DNA of 63,987 nucleotides, the filler included, from Platydemus manokwari (Eukaryota): the NCBI GenBank assembly GCA_037951405.1. It is 5 parts of 5 records of this genome, joined end to end, with 100 filler letters (N's around TTAATTAATTAA, not from the genome) between each part and the next. Parts side by side here need not be neighbours in the genome. Positions count along the whole stretch, not along the records: positions 32,199 to 54,890 come from JBBMOY011211432.1; 4 more parts are not named here. One strand, written 5' to 3'. This document shows positions 39,036 through 54,890 of the stretch, in pieces. Under the pieces are notes generated by a model. It saw nothing but the letters and a program-made list of their open reading frames with translations. It had not been told where the DNA came from and made no database searches. How positions within the stretch are numbered: the first letter of the stretch is position 1; the number at the start of each line of letters is the position of its first letter. A program made the translations under genes and the position numbers.

Positions 39036-40572
39036 AAATTATCAAATCGTTTATTTGCCTCAAAATTTATTATTTCAAAAATAACTCCCGTTTTTTCGAA
39101 TATTAAAACAAATCAGATATTCAAGATATATCTAACTTATAAATGTATTTGTTAGCTGCTGCTATTCTACTAAACTGATATAAATAGCAAATTTAAGAAA
39201 ATCAATGTGAAACCTGCAGTAAATTAAAATATTTAAATAAAATTATCTGTTTTTAAAAAATATAATTACATTTTTAATTAATTTGAAAAATTTATATGGG
39301 GACTTTAAAATCTTAATAATAAAAACGTAATGGTTTGATTGAATGTTGTAGTTAAAAATACTTTTCGTATTGTTTTTTTACAGTTATTTTCAATGCGTAA
39401 TTTATGATATAAAAATGAAACACGGCAATCACAATTCGATTCGATTCTGAAAAGATAAATGAATGGGAATTGAAGAAAATAGGCTATATAAAGAACAGTC
39501 AGAATTTATAGAAGATTGAAAAAATTAAGGTCAGAGAATTTAGAGTATATAAAGAGAAGATATAAATGATATAAATGATATCGATAAGTTTTCAATGTAT
39601 TAAAAAATTGCAATTTATCTGAATATATCGGTTAAATATATTTCGTATGTTGACTTTCTTAAGAGTGGCTCTCGCCTCTTGTTTAAAGAAATACGAAAAA
39701 ATAATAATTATAATATTTATTATTTAATTCTCTAGGATAACCATTTTGATTCAAAATATAGATTTTATCAAATCAAAGTTAGTGCGCTAATGTAGAAAAT
39801 TGATTTGTTCCTATGACAATATTATTGTTTTAATTGTTTTTGAAGTGCTAATGGAGAAACTATTTATAAATTCGAATCATTGATACTCATTTTATGTGAA
39901 ATATTAGTTTGGTCTGACCTATTTAATTCTTTCTACGATTAAAATTTGTTCCGACTAAAGACCGATAAACCTTAATCTTTTAAAATTGATTCCAAATGTT
40001 TTCGATCAATAAAGTTCTTGGATTATTTAAGCAAGCCATGTTCAGTAGGAATATAATTTTCAAGATTCATTTGTCAACAGGCCAATTTGTGTATTATTAA
40101 GTTTTATAAATCGATCATTTGTAGAGGAGCACACAAGATAAAATCCAGATGAAAGTGAACTCGTTATTTTAAATTAAATTAATGAGTTACTCTTTTATAC
40201 ATGAGTTGTTAATCTATTTGTGGATATGATAAAATAGACAAACACCAAGTTTGTCGCAGAAACCCGTGATTTTAAAACGAGGAATTCTTAACTTTTTTTT
40301 CAATTCATTTAAGGTACCTGTTTTATTTAAAGCCACAATTTCGTCAAAAAAGGGGTATTGAGCAATTGGCTAAATGACAATCTTATTTGTAGTTTTGATA
40401 GAATTAACCATTTCTATGGACCTATGCAAGCAAATGAAAATACTTATTTGGTAGTAAAACATAAAGGATGTTATATTGTTTTGATCTTTTGTCTTACTGA
40501 AAACTAGTTGGGCATGAGTATTGGTTTAAAAACAATACCCTCTGAATTATAGGTTTATCATAACGAATCTAC

Positions 40573-40838
40573 NNNNNNNNNNNNNNNNNNNNNNNNNNNN
40601 NNNNNNNNNNNNNNNNNNNNNNNNNNNNNNNNNNNNNNNNNNNNNNNNNNNNNNNNNNNNNNNNNNNNNNNNNNNNNNNNNNNNNNNNNNNNNNNNNNNN
40701 NNNNNNNNNNNNNNNNNNNNNNNNNNNNNNNNNNNNNNNNNNNNNNNNNNNNNNNNNNNNNNNNNNNNNNNNNNNNNNNNNNNNNNNNNNNNNNNNNNNN
40801 NNNNNNNNNNNNNNNNNNNNNNNNNNNNNNNNNNNNNN
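40573..40838. other. Assembly gap (N run without linker)
   Basis: Run of Ns seen directly. Confidence 0.95.
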
Positions 40839-43800
40839 ATAATAATAATGTAATCACAAGTAATTAATTGAAGTGTCGAAAGTGAAATAATTACCTTGGT
40901 CATCTGAATCAGCAATAAAAAATAATTGAAAACAATTATATAATAGCCATCAAATTAATATTAAAATATTAATATAATTATTTATAATTAATTAATTTAA
41001 TTCTGAAATTAATTAAAAAAAAACAATTAATTCTGAGCGTACCTTTCATTCGAACAATTATTTTTCTGATTGCGTGTTTTTTTTGGTTTGCTTGAATTAA
41101 ATGAGGATTTTTTTGTTTGTTTACTGACATCATTTAGGATGTCGATTACTATTTTTGAAGTTAACCCATTTTCAAAATAATCCTTTCCCACATAAGGGAT
41201 CAATTGATTTTTAAGATTTTTTTCGGGTCCACTTAAATCACCTTAAAATGGAGTTAATATGAAAATGGCTCGATTCTGGAATTTAATATAATACCATAAA
41301 TACCGCAAAAACCCAACAATTTAAATAATTGAGTTTGTATTTTTGCATTTAATTCAAGTAATTCACAGCATTTGCTTACATTAACTTCTGTACAATTGTG
41401 CTACAATATAATGGGAGTTTTAAATAACTTACATTATTTAAATAAAAGTATAACTTCAAACTCGTATTTCCAATCATTAAGTTTTTCCTGAAGAATATTG
41501 AAACAATTTGAATTTGCTAATGTATTCAGACTTTCCATTTACTTAAAACTAACTTAATAATAAAATAAGAAATACTTATAATTTGTATTATTGCGATATG
41601 CAAACTCTCTAAGAGTCTTGGAAATAAGCTTATTATAACAAATTACAAGAAAGTATAATTTTAAGCTTATAAATCAATTTCTAAATCACAAACTGGTAAT
41701 TTAACATATAACCAACTACTTTTAATTTAATATTTCCATAACTTAATATCTTGTAACATTTTGTAATTTTAGTATTAATGGTTTTGAAAATAATTTCAAT
41801 AATTTTTTATCATTGATTTATAAAATTTAGGATTTTTTAAAATTTAACGAATTATTATTTTAACAAATTAATGTCTCATACAAATTTATGAAATATCTTT
41901 TATTAATTGCAATAGTACAAATTTGATTTAGGTGTCAGGATTGTTGATTTGGGATAAATAAAATAAATGTAGTCCCTAGGCTGATTAGCGATCGTATAGA
42001 TGAAATACAATTCACTATTCTTAACACTAGTTCGTAGTGTTAAGGCTCATGTAATTTGAAGTGAAATGTCTTCATGCTTTATTGATTGTTAGAATCAACT
42101 ATAACTGAATTATAATTTCTTTGTATCAGTAACTGCTCTATGATAATGTGAACTCTATTAGTACCACATTTAATTTTCCACCATAACTTACACTGCTTAT
42201 TTATAAATTTGTCCATAAATAGACTAGATTCGCTTTAGAATTATTGGTCATTGGGAAAATTTCTAAAAGCATGTCAATGTTCACCTAATATGTGCATGAT
42301 ATATTCGTGGATATAAACCGATTTAATTATCTGCTACGTTCGAGTTCCATTGAATTTATTTTTATCAATCTTATTTCTATTCGATGTCACTTTTGTCTTA
42401 ATCACGACCAACGAGTCCTTGATTAAACCCGCAAGTGTAATCTATCTTATTTTATTAAATCTTCGACTCGCACAACCTTATTGTGTGAAGACAATTGATG
42501 TGGTAATATTGATATATCTCAACTATCAGTCTCAGTTTATGTACCTAAATTATCTTCCTTATTACTAGCACCAATGATAACAAACTATGATCTGTGATTC
42601 CTATTAAATCAATAACTAAGGCTTATAACTACAAATATTTATTATTAAATAACAATGACAAAAACTGGTTAACGAATAAAATGACAATACCATATTGATT
42701 TTAATGCTACTATATATACCAAACCTAATAATGAACCTTAACAATTCCTAGACTAAGAAACGGTTAATAAACTTCCTCTCACGAAGCAAAACTAGTTACT
42801 TTTCAAGATGATTGGGTTAAACTCGGTAATAAGATATAGACAATATAATATAAATTGGTATTTTATACGAATGTATCTTACCGTATGGTCTTCCAGTAAA
42901 ATACTGGACATATATAGAAATCCTGATCTTCGACACTGAATAATCATCTTGTGTTGCTCTGGAGTTGTAAAAAACGTGTCCTATTCCCGTGTAACTATTT
43001 CTCTAATAATGTGTCAAATTTGCAGTGGCAATTATGACTGCTACCTCATGTAAGGCCTGATGAGTCACTCTTAGATATCTTCTACGGTTGAATTTATGCC
43101 ATACATTTATTATTTTCTCGTTGGAATTTATTTATCGTAATGAGAAATTCTCTCTGATCGAATTTAATGAATAAATTCATTTTAATGGGGTTTTCAGCTA
43201 TTATTATTTTAGATATTTATAAATAATAATCATTATAAATATTCAATATATTATTTTATAAATATCATTTCAAACTGATTTCACCAAGTTGTTCCTAGAA
43301 TTATCAAATCGTACAAAATTAAAAATTAAATAAAAATTAATACAATAAAAATTAATGCATGTGCAATACATAATGTCACGCATAAAAATACAATTGTCAT
43401 AACAATTAGCACACAATGCAGTACAGTGTTTAGTTCGATTTAGCTGTTTTTCAAAACCCCGACATGTCTATTCCACTTAATTTAAAATATTTTATTCTTT
43501 ATTGTTTTCATTATTATCCGGAGTTAGATTTTCTTTTATAATAAACAATTTATTACCTCATTGAAAATTTATCTTGGAGTGTTATTATTTTGACTTTTGT
43601 CTTTCTTTTTATTTACGATTCACGCAAAAATTAAATAGGAATGAAGTTTAGTTATAAAGATGAATTAAAGATTTCTTTCTTCATAAATAAAGTATTTTAT
43701 ATTCATAAATTGCTAAATAAATAAAATATTTGTTTAGATAAAAGCATTAAATAAATGCCAGTGTCAAAGTTAAGGTCCTACAGACCTGATTTTGATGTTT

Positions 43801-46800
43801 TTCTGCTTCAACTAAACAAGTATGCTCGGAAGGAGATTTCTGGGATTTTAGCTTGAATTATCTCAGTATAACATCACAAAATAACGGGTATTATGAAAGC
43901 AATAATAGACCTTCAACAAAATAAACAATCAATCTGATCCATCATTAACCTCCGTGATCCATCATTAACCTCAATAATTTCCAATTTTTATACTCTTCAA
44001 TTTTGTATTCCAAAATTACAAATTAATATCTCTTCCAACATCATTAAAATCAATCAATATGTAGTTCACTCTATCTACATTACTCAGTTAATATCCAAAA
44101 AATTACAAACCTTAAACCTATAATCAATTTTAATTCCAATCGTGCTTTATCATCGTGTCTGGAAGAAACATAACATGGTAAGTTGATACTTATTTCAGAC
44201 CTCGAAGAAACAGGCAACGTGAAGAGTGAATATCAGTTACTGTTAACCCATATGGGCTATGGAAAAGAAAAATGACGAGAATTAGTATGCTAACTATGAT
44301 ACAACCCCAAAGGAATATGGGTAGACAGAGAAGAAGAGCGATAAATATGTGAAGGTTCATAACTCGCGGCAATATAAAGAAAGATTGGGAATAATTAAAG
44401 AAAAATAGAATATAAAACTGGAGTATGGATTTGTATACCTGAAAATATCCTAATTTCAATCTTCAAATTCCAATTCAATCCAATACAATCCAATATAATT
44501 ACATGACATCTGTTATCTTGGCTCTGCGAACATCTATTAATGTATAAAAATAATTTTTTATGATTTTGTAAAAAAATATTGCATAAAATGATTATTTTTA
44601 CCTGTACAATTATAAAATTTATATTATTATTTATAATATCTAATTAATTATTAATAATAATAAGTAGATTGAACTATGAAAATTAATAAAATTTAATTTC
44701 AAATGTCAAAATCTTTTGTTTAAAGATTAAAATAACTATGCCAAGTATCGAAATGATGAATTTTTCAAATGGTCGTTAGGTACAAAATACCCAAAGTCAG
44801 ATACTATATAAGTTGACGAGAAACAGCCACAAATGGCTTAACTAAAACTTTATAAATTTTTCAATTATTGCGAATTTGTGGAGTTACGAAAATTTGAAGT
44901 TGGAAACGACGTATAAATGAAAATAATAATCAAGCAAGTCGATAGCGATTAATTCTTTCTTTAAGACGTCTTACTAATAAATGATCAAATTAAATTTGCC
45001 GAAAAAATCGGTCCCTTTTGGATTCGGATTAATTAATTCTAAAATATGAAAACAGGAATTACTAAGGCCATAGTTAAGTTATTACTATGTCAGCAAGATA
45101 ACTGTATTGATTGTTTTAATATTACTTGTGTAAGTCAAATTGCTTGTAAAATTATTTGTAATAATAAATAAAAGTCAAAAAAGTAGATTTGTATTTGAAT
45201 ATATTAATTTAAACTTATACATATAAATCAAGCATAAATTTATCATTGGGAACTCACATTGAGAACATCTTCAACATCAACAAATACAAGAACATTGTCA
45301 ATCAATGAAATTCACTTTAAAACTGAACACTTGTAATCTTTTCACTTTAATTCTGGCAATGTTTGAATATTTTATTTGATGTTTATTTATTTTAATTGAG
45401 ATATTTTTTTCAACTTTATTAATGTGTTGCACATACCCTTAAATAAGTTCATAAATAATAATAAGCTAAAAATAAAATTTTAATTTGTATAATAATTAAT
45501 TCAAGTCACCATGGATATTTAATAAGTAATCATGACAATTTAAATGTAACGTATTACTATGACAACATAATAAATCGACTGTACAATTCAGAAAAATTGA
45601 CAAACCGTATATAAATTAGTATCACACAGTATTCCATTGCACAAAAATTTCGCAATCATTTTGAAGCAACTAGCAAGAATTAGTTATTTTCGTGGATATC
45701 AATCACAAATCGGACATCAACCATACGGGAATTTCATTTGTATGCGTGACACTGACCGTCTCATAAATATTAGTTATACATAGTTAGTAGTCAGATTGAT
45801 TACACAACTCTTACTTGTTTCCAGATTATATATTGTTTTTTAACTTTCTAATTCAATAAATAGTGGTAAAATTTATTTATTCTCTTACAAATTATATATA
45901 TCCGAAAGGAAATTCGTTATAATTCACTAAACCAAGTTTCCACATAGTCCATAGAAACTCAAAATCATGCTTTTATTTTTTTATCGAAGAGGGGCCTACA
46001 AAGTTCGCTCCGTCGATTGTTGTTGTCCTGAGATTCGACACTTGCTTACCTTAAAAGTCTAGGATCACACATTTTTTATCTCGCACTTGTTTGGCTTATA
46101 GAGTCTTTTAACATGTTTATTTATGCATATGTGAGTTTGATACTACCGATTGAAGTGCAATGTCAATTCGTGCTCTTATAATTATAATCAAAAAATACAC
46201 TAAATAAACATAATCATGGTAACAATAAGATATATTTTCTATAATAACAAATTTACAAATATCAACGTTTACAACTACAAATATGATAAAATCCCTTTAA
46301 ATTGTTCAGGCAAACTTATTTATACAAACAAATAATATTTCAGATTTTTCACAACGCACAGATTAAGAAATATTTTTCAACGAGAGAATGCTCAGATACC
46401 GAACCTCCTTTGTGTTTATATATAATTTTATATTACTATAGAGTTTACAATATGGGCGGGCCCTTTACTTATATTTATTGCTTATATAAAACATCATTCA
46501 CACGTTATCGATAGTTTAATTTATCCTTTTTTATCTAGCGTCTAAATGTTTATGCCTTTACTGAATCCTTTCAAGATCGTCTAGCAATATTTCGATTTTT
46601 GATAGTGAAATTTGTGATTTTACCACTCCTTATATAGTATTTTCTAGGAAGGATTCTGAATAATCGCTTTTGTTTATTATTTTCTTTTTTCCTATTGGAT
46701 ATTAAATTATTTTACAAATCCGCATAGATTAATAATTTTTATTTATTTTTCACTCGTGTTATTCATAATCTTTCTCTTTTTCTACTACATTTAAAATTCC

Positions 46801-46864
46801 AATTTTCGCCCACAAACACGCCCACATTTTTAATTAATTAATTTTTGCCCACAATTATAATTTA

Positions 46865-46865
<1 letters not shown>

Positions 46866-46903
<38 letters not shown>
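46866..46903. repeat. (ATT)n microsatellite
   Basis: About 12 tandem ATT units. Confidence 0.85.
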
Positions 46904-46904
<1 letters not shown>

Positions 46905-48822
46905 TATTTTACTATTTATTATCTTGTTCAAAAATTATTTCTTTTTTATTTCATGGTTTTATTATTATTAGTTAGATAAATTGTTGTGGTTTTATAATTT
47001 ATTATTGTTTTATATAAAACATAATTTTTGTGATTTTATATTTTTTATTGTTTTTATACACAATTTTCAAAATTTCGTTACACATAAATAAATCAAAATC
47101 ATGCAAGAATCACAAAAATTAAAAGAGTCAGATTAATCATAAAATGTAAGATATAGTCAAATTATCAAAAAAGTAAAATATAGTCCAATATTTGTCACTC
47201 ATCTATGGATTGTAGGCTTTGATAGGAAAAGGTTGATTGGGACGATTGGAGTTTGATCTTCTGATGTGCTGAAGATAAAGATGATATTATTGAGCTTGAT
47301 CCTGTTATGTAACACACTAAACTTAAAATATTTACTATCTTTTTTTATTTTCATTTATTGTTCATATTTATTAATTTATTAATCTGCGAGTTGTCAGATC
47401 TTTCATAGAATCATCAGTTATCGACATCTAGCTCTCTAAATTTAATAAAAATTAAAATCATATATAATAATTTCTTGATTTGTGTCCAACGAAATCACCC
47501 TATAATTCCATCAGATGAAATTTTATTTTTTGACTAATGACTCAAAAGTACTTTGTGTTTGATTCTTTATTTCTATTTCGAAGCACAAAACATGAGCAAA
47601 AATAAAGGAATGAATCCGATAGTAAACTGCTTATTTGATTCAGGATTTTTAATTTAACTTACAATATTATTGTTAATAATTTGGAATTGTGTATATTGTT
47701 GGATAGCTAAAGAATATAATTTTAAAAAGACCTTTGCTTTGTTTTAAATTCAAAAGCCGTCTTCTTGTAATTTGTATTCAAGAATCTTTATAGTCGGCTT
47801 TGTAGTTTTGATGAGTTTTTATTTTTCAATCCTGTTTGTTTTTCCAGATATATATTCTCACATACTCTATTGAAGTTTTTAAGAAACTGAAATCCAAAAC
47901 ACATTAAACACACAAATAATTTGTTTAACAGTTTGAAGAGAATAAGGCTGCAACCAAAATAACTAAATTGCGATAATGATAGGTTAGGTTTTCTGATTAT
48001 CTGAGATTTTCTAATTTTTTCTGTGATTATGTTTTGATTGGATTTATTTATGGTTTGATCGATATAATTTATACCTTACTTTTTTCGTTTGATTTTCATT
48101 AGGGATTTAAAATTGTCACTAGCTTCCAAAAATTTTCGCAGGCATAGTGCAATATTATTATGTACATTTATTCACTTCACGGTAGATTTTGACTTAATGG
48201 TTTATTCAATCTTGAATTTGTTAGCTAATTCAGCTTTTTAGCTAGTACTTACGGTAACATATAAAAAGCCTCTATTCACAAAATTCAGGTTAAAAACATT
48301 ATCATTTTTTTTCAATAATATATAGTAGAAAGTAAAATCATTTCAAAATGATTTTGGTTTATAATAGTTCGATAAAATTTTAATCTAATTTATTTATTAT
48401 TTTAAATATGAATATGAATGACTTATATGATTTGCATTCAAGACTTTTTGTCAAAGTACTCTTTAATCTAATGTATAAATCTATCTATCTTTAAACTAAA
48501 GTTCGAAATTTTTTTAATTTTTCAAGGAATTAAATTTCGAATAATTCCATGATCTCCAAAAATTTATAATATGTAAAGTCACGTCAACTGGTTTAAATAC
48601 AGAACCTAAAATCAAATATAGTGTAAATATAAAATTTTTAACGTTTTCAGTAGAATTAATTTATTAAATTTATCAAAATTATTTAGTTTAAACCACAATT
48701 TTAATGAGTTTATTTTTTAAAAAAATTATAATTTTTCAATACATAATTAAATATATCGAATTGTTTTAGTTTTATGTAACCTCAATTTTGTGAACGTTAT
48801 AAAATATTATAAAATATTCCAA

Positions 48823-50963
48823 ATGAGAAACACATTTAATCCATATCCAGAAACTAATGTGCAAACAAATTTTGGTTACAACGAAGAAGGATTTATTGTG
48901 ACAGATATGGGTAAATTATGCATCAAATATACAATTAAGCTGTTTCGATATAGGTTACAATCAATATCCACAGCCACAAATGTACAACCCTAATGTATTT
49001 CAACCATCTTTCGAGAATAATCAACCAAGCGAGTCTCAAAATTTTCAATTTCCTAATGAATTTATAACTAATGCTGCCATGCAATATGGTTCAAATATGG
49101 TCGAACAAGGGGCCGATTTATTACAAAGAAATGTAATTTGCGACAATTTATAAAGAATGATATTAAATACAAGTTTAGATTGATAAATATGTTCCAACGT
49201 CAACACTGAAATATTATTTTGCAGTTGATAATCTTTATGTTGCTAAAAAGTTAATGTTGTTGATATTTCCATTTGCACATAGAGTAAGTGATTTATTAAT
49301 TTATAAATTATTCAAATAATCTAAATAACAATCTAAAAGCAATTTATTTTTAAAGAGTATTTATTTCACAAGTTTCTAGTTCAAAATTATGATAACAATT
49401 CGTTAATTAATTAGAACTGGGCAATTCAATACAATCATGATAAACAACCAGTTCCTCCTAGATATGATATTAATGCTCCCGATCTTTATATTCCTTTGAT
49501 GGGATTGTTGACTTATGTTTTGATTTGTGGAATGATGTTTGGAATCAAAGATAAATTTTCCCCCGACCAATTAGGTGGAATGGCCAGCAATGCTGTCGGA
49601 TGGCTGGTTGTTGAAATATTGGTATTGATGTTGATATTATACATTGTCAATGCTCGGACATCACTCAGATACATGGATATGGTGGCTTTCTCTGGTTATA
49701 AGTTCGTTGGGTGTGTTTATTTATATATGTATAAAACTTGTTAATTTGATCTTTATACAGGATGAACATTATTTTACTTTCCTCGTTACTATTACAGTCG
49801 GTGGGATTTTATTGTTCTCTTGGTTATTTTAGTGTTTCGCTTGGATATTTTCTGGTAAAAATCATTTTGTTTTAGTTTAATACTTGATTATAAATTAAAT
49901 CTAAATTTTCATATCCTTTAAAATATATTAATTATTATAATCCAAACTAATCATAATTTAACTTGATATTTTAATCGAAATCATTTTCTTAGACTTTCGT
50001 TAGTTTTGTTTTAAAAAATGTAAATATTTTTAGCAATTTAAATGAAATATTTAGTAAAATAAACAGGTTTCATCAAAATAAAGGCTTGAAAAATTCAATA
50101 ACGTTGCCGAAATTCAGTAATTCTTGATAATTAAAACTCATGAATTAACGAAATTTTATCATATTATCTGGCTATTTCGATAAAATGAATCTGCTTTTAC
50201 ATTTGCCGATAATTTCAAGTGTAATTTTTAATATACCTTCATGTACGGTTTATCCCATTAAATAACTCTAGGTTTTTAACTTGGGAAGACACCATAAATG
50301 AATTAATTGTAAAATGTTATATTGTTTGGTTAATGAATATCTAGCATTTATTTTAATGGTAAAATTTATAGTTACGAATGGGGTCTATATTATTATGATC
50401 TGTTTTAGTCGACTGTAATATCGACATTTCGTTTAGGATTATTCTAAGTGGATTAAATAGGCAAATTATGTCATGGTAGAAAATAAATTCAAACGGTTTA
50501 TTCTAATGAACTGTATAAAATTCATTAAATTATTTTCAGTTATCAATGTTTTGAATTAAAATTTGAAAATATTAAAATATTAGATAATTAAATAATTTTG
50601 ATTAGATTTTATAATTTGTTTTAATTTGTCAATGTGATACACTTATTCAAAATTAATGATGCTTGTTTGTCTCCTTTAAAAACATGATATGTTAAATTGC
50701 GATTGTGTAAAATTAGGAGCAAAATTAAAACTCAAAACTATGGTGGCTTATCTATAAGTTTATTTAGCCATGCGATATTTCGAGGATATTAAATTTTAAT
50801 TTTGTAATATTTACAGATCAGAACATTGAAAATTCAAATCATGCCACAAGGTTCGGTAACAGTTTCCGAAGGCACTAAGAAAAGTGTTTATCTCCTCTTA
50901 TTTACAGCTTTGATTCAACCTTTAATCATGTGGTTATTAACAAAATCAATGGTGTTCAATTAA
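48823..50963 (+). CDS. YIF1: YIF1 (Yip1-interacting factor, ER-Golgi transport), ~302 aa; exons 48823-48910, 48954-49132, 49179-49283, 49415-49710, 49761-49854, 50817-50963
   Basis: Motifs [93 protein letters not shown]. All introns are GT-AG and phase-consistent. Confidence 0.93.
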
Positions 50964-51699
50964 TGATGTTGACTGCATGCGGGCTTATCATGGAATGTCA
51001 AATTAATATTAACAAATTTTCAGATATTCTTGGTATTTAATGTGTTATAAAATAAAGATATTTGACACGTTTTGTTGTCTGACCCAAAATCAGAGAATGG
51101 CATTCCTTTTAAAGTTGATTTAATGCTGTGTAAATGAATAATATAATGAAGGTGAAATTTTTTGTATCTTGCATCCGATCGGTAGTCAAATTAATACATA
51201 CGTCTACCAAAAAATCAAGATTATTTCTATCAGCATTCCTGTTCGTAAAAACAATGTAAAATTAGTTTTGAAATCTCTATTTCTATAAATAAAAATTGTT
51301 AAAAACAATTTGATTGTCTTTAATGTTTTTTGCTTTACAATTCCTACGCCTTTGAATTGATTTTGATATTAATGTATCGTTCAATTTTCTAATCCACGCA
51401 ATAAGTTTCATGCGTTACTGTAAAAATACAGTGTGATTACTGTTCGATAATTTAAATATGATTTTGTTTGTAATTAATGGAAATTATGTTGATTTTCGGG
51501 GATTTGTTATCCTGAAAATGTGGTTACAATGATTGGTTACTGTATTTCAATCCATACCTATTTATCTGATGACTATGGAGATTAATTCGGTAATGATGAT
51601 AATCTATTTCATGTTGGTTTGAAAGATTAATTCAATAATTGCTTTCTTATGCCAATTATTATATTCTGAAGTGTCCTTAAAAACGAATAATCAAAGTAT

Positions 51700-53560
51700 T
51701 AATCTCTTATGATAACGGTGAATATCAGAAAAAACATGATACCGAAGGTTTAAAGAATATTAGATCAAAAGCAACAATCAACAACCAACAGATTCCTCAG
51801 TTGTAAGTAGAAGATTACTATAGATACTTGGGAGTAAATTTCTCAAATCATCCACAAACTAGCGATGGAATGCATAAAGTCAAATATCAATGCGTCGTAC
51901 CTCCAATGGCAGTTCCACACTGCCAAAATAAACTCATACTGCTCTAAATTAACGAAAACAAGGGATTGAGACTATTCACAGTTGGACCTTGACTCTGAGG
52001 ACGATTAATGAGCAATAAACTACTGGACGTAGCCAAGCGAAATGTGATAATAGGTTCAATCGCAAGAAAGAATCTATGTTATAAGTCGTGAGTTGTCACG
52101 GCTAACCAATAGATATTTTATTTTTTGTTTTTTTTTACACAATTCAATCGACAATCTGGAAATTTAAGTCAAGTGCTTATCCGAAAAACTCGCTGACAGT
52201 ATCCTGCTACTCTGGCAAAAATTACATGCCTACAGTATGTTCATTCATAGTAAAATTTTATTTTTTGCTAAGACATATGATGTGACCCACACCAGACTGG
52301 TGAAAATGGACAAGCAAATCCGAAAGTTTTGTATGTGGGTGTGGGTTACAGAGTATTGTATCAGAGTTTACGGTCCAAGGCACAACAAATGGAGTAGCGA
52401 TACTCAATACCAAACAGGCAATGACTAGAGAAATCGCGAGAGAATCGTTACACCAAGCGTCCATCCAGAACCTTCTAAACTCTTTAAATTGGCTGAATTC
52501 GCACCCTGGGACAAAAGAGAAGAAGCATTCTTGGTGGGACAAAATTCGAGAGGCATTCAGATACCCTCAGATCGAAATGCTGACAATCATTAGCTTTGAA
52601 ATAATCATTCTGGAGATATTGTGTAAGAATTTATCAAAATATTACAACAGACAGTGAAGACTTATCTACAGAAGCACTACTAGGAAAGAAGCACCTTAAC
52701 AAACTGACCAAGTTACTACGGATATGCTTCAACAGAAGCTACCAACTCGGATGGTCGAAACAAATTCGGTGTGGTAGATACACCAAAATCCTGCCGGAAA
52801 TAACTTCTACCTGGATGAAAGTGGTATACAACGGTGGACTGTCAATTGCGGAATTCTCCTTCCTTTATCAAGCACGCTCAGATACTTTTGCTATTCTGAA
52901 CAAAAAATTCATGCAAGGACATGAATACCGGAAGAGCCTTTACGAAGTGGAATTTCAGATCCACGTGTTTAAAAAGTGTAACGTAGCACTCTGCTATTCT
53001 CAATCGACATATGAATATCATGGAATTACTGGCAAACTATATTAACAATCACACCGACAACGACGTTTTTGGTGAGAAATCTTGTCAATTCACAGGATCA
53101 AAACAGCGAGTTGACCTACAGGTAATCAATAACTGAACCAGAGGAACGACTGATAAAGAAATAAAGAAAGTCAGTCCAGGCTGGACTGTTGAGCTCTATA
53201 CATTCATAATTGGAGTTCTTGGCACTTGGAAATAGGGGAACGAGATCATTCTAAAGAAGCTTGGCTTCAAAACAGACATATCGGAGAAAATACGCTACGA
53301 TTGTGACCGGTCAAACATCAATTTCTCATATCAGCAATGTCAATTCCACCAAGGGAAAGCTATATTACTATCAAGTTCAAGAACCAGATCAAATGACTTC
53401 TCAGATGACGAATATTCAGTTCTGAGGATGATGATGTGTCCGGAAACTTGGATATACGAGTATAAGCGCGTATGAGACGGATAGAATCCTGTGATATTTT
53501 GCCCTGCCACTATGTGGTGATGATGTCGAACATTGTCTGACTTGTATTATAAAAAACTGT
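51700..53560 (+). mobile_element. Degenerate non-LTR retrotransposon with restriction-like endonuclease (NeSL/Utopia/R2-like), copy 1
   Basis: Fragments ILLLWQKLHAYSMFIHSKILF (~52201; cf. LAPWQKL.A...F..P.L.F), MDKQIRK, VYGP, EFSFLYQARSDT, QRVDLQVIN (~53105) and GWTVELYTFIIGVLGTWK*GNEIILKKLGF (~53180). There are many stops and frameshifts, and the ends are approximate. Confidence 0.7.
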
Positions 53561-54890
53561 GTTTTATCAAAATATATGTGTATATTTACAAAGAAAGTAA
53601 GCCCGAATTCACTGATTGATCAACAAACAAATAGTGCTACGTAAGACACGGAACACGAGTACTATCGCGTCATTTTTTAATATTAATCGATGTGTTTATA
53701 TATTTGGAGCCAAGGTTTCATTCGGAAATTCAATTAATTATTGAAATATTCATATTTTGCAGAACCTATGTTTAAATTCTGGTTTCTCTCTCATCAGAGT
53801 TCATTGATTATTATTACTTTTTCGACGATTCACTTCGGAATATCGAACTAAAATATTTGGGTGTTGGGTTTTACAGATATAAAAGTTCAAAGATAACTTG
53901 ATTTCAAGCTTATTATCGGTTTCTTTTTATATAATTTCTATTACTTATTATAAAGTTAATTAAAAATCAATATAATGTTTAAAAAATACATTCATTGAAA
54001 TCAATAAAAAAATATAATTAATTAATAATAAAATTTATTTAAATCATGAAATTATGACAAGTCGTTTAACTTCTTCAAATGATTCTACACTAATATCAAA
54101 TAAATCAACAGCTGCTACACTTTAAATTCTATTCGAATTGTGAGATAGTTGGCTTCTTTAATTAAAAATATTAGTAATGAAAACAATAACAACGGATTTC
54201 ACAAGTAATTATTTCAATTTAACAATCAATATTATCTGACGCTGTCAGTTTTACAATTTTGGAATAGATTGCCTTGTCGATAAACATGATCACTAAAATT
54301 TGCAAGAGATTATGCATATGTTAGATTATTTACTAACACTAAATATTCAAAGTTCCGTTAGAATATTAATTGATTACAAGACTGGTTGTCAGAAAATTCA
54401 TGTAAAAGTTACACAGAATAGAAGTTACCGACTAAAAAGTTTGGTAGATTGAAATACTAATTCTTTTATAGGTTTATTATGTGTATTCGCTTGATGTCTC
54501 AGAGCTTCATTTTCCATTCGACTGAGTTGTTCACATATCGATATGTTAGGAAATTCTCTTGCACCTCTAGTGTCATTGGCTAATCTCAATGTTAGTTGCC
54601 AGTTGTTTTTATCGTTAATTGATTATCGACTACAAAATACTGGTTAATATATTGGAAAAATCTGATTGGCTATTGGCATGTAAGCTAATCAAATATGTGT
54701 GCATAAACCATTTGGGAGTTATTTTCATGAATATTTTGTTTGTTTTGTGACCTACTCAACACTTCTAATTGCAAGATTGCAGTTTGTCAAAAATCTATTA
54801 TTAAAAAGTTAATTACCAGATCACAAGTGCGTTGGGCGTATTAATCAACAATTTAGATCTGAAAATTATATTACCCAAAATCATATTATC

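Noticed and set aside
40400-40500. INHFYGPMQ..TYLVVKHKGCYIVLIFCLT, integrase-like fragment
   Set aside because: The resemblance to Gypsy/BEL integrase is weak and no catalytic residues are confirmed.
40547-40915. ORFs spanning the N gap
   Set aside because: They are artefacts of translating Ns.
53422-53450. CTGAGGA...GAAAC as a hammerhead ribozyme core
   Set aside because: No convincing stem II or flanking stems could be formed.
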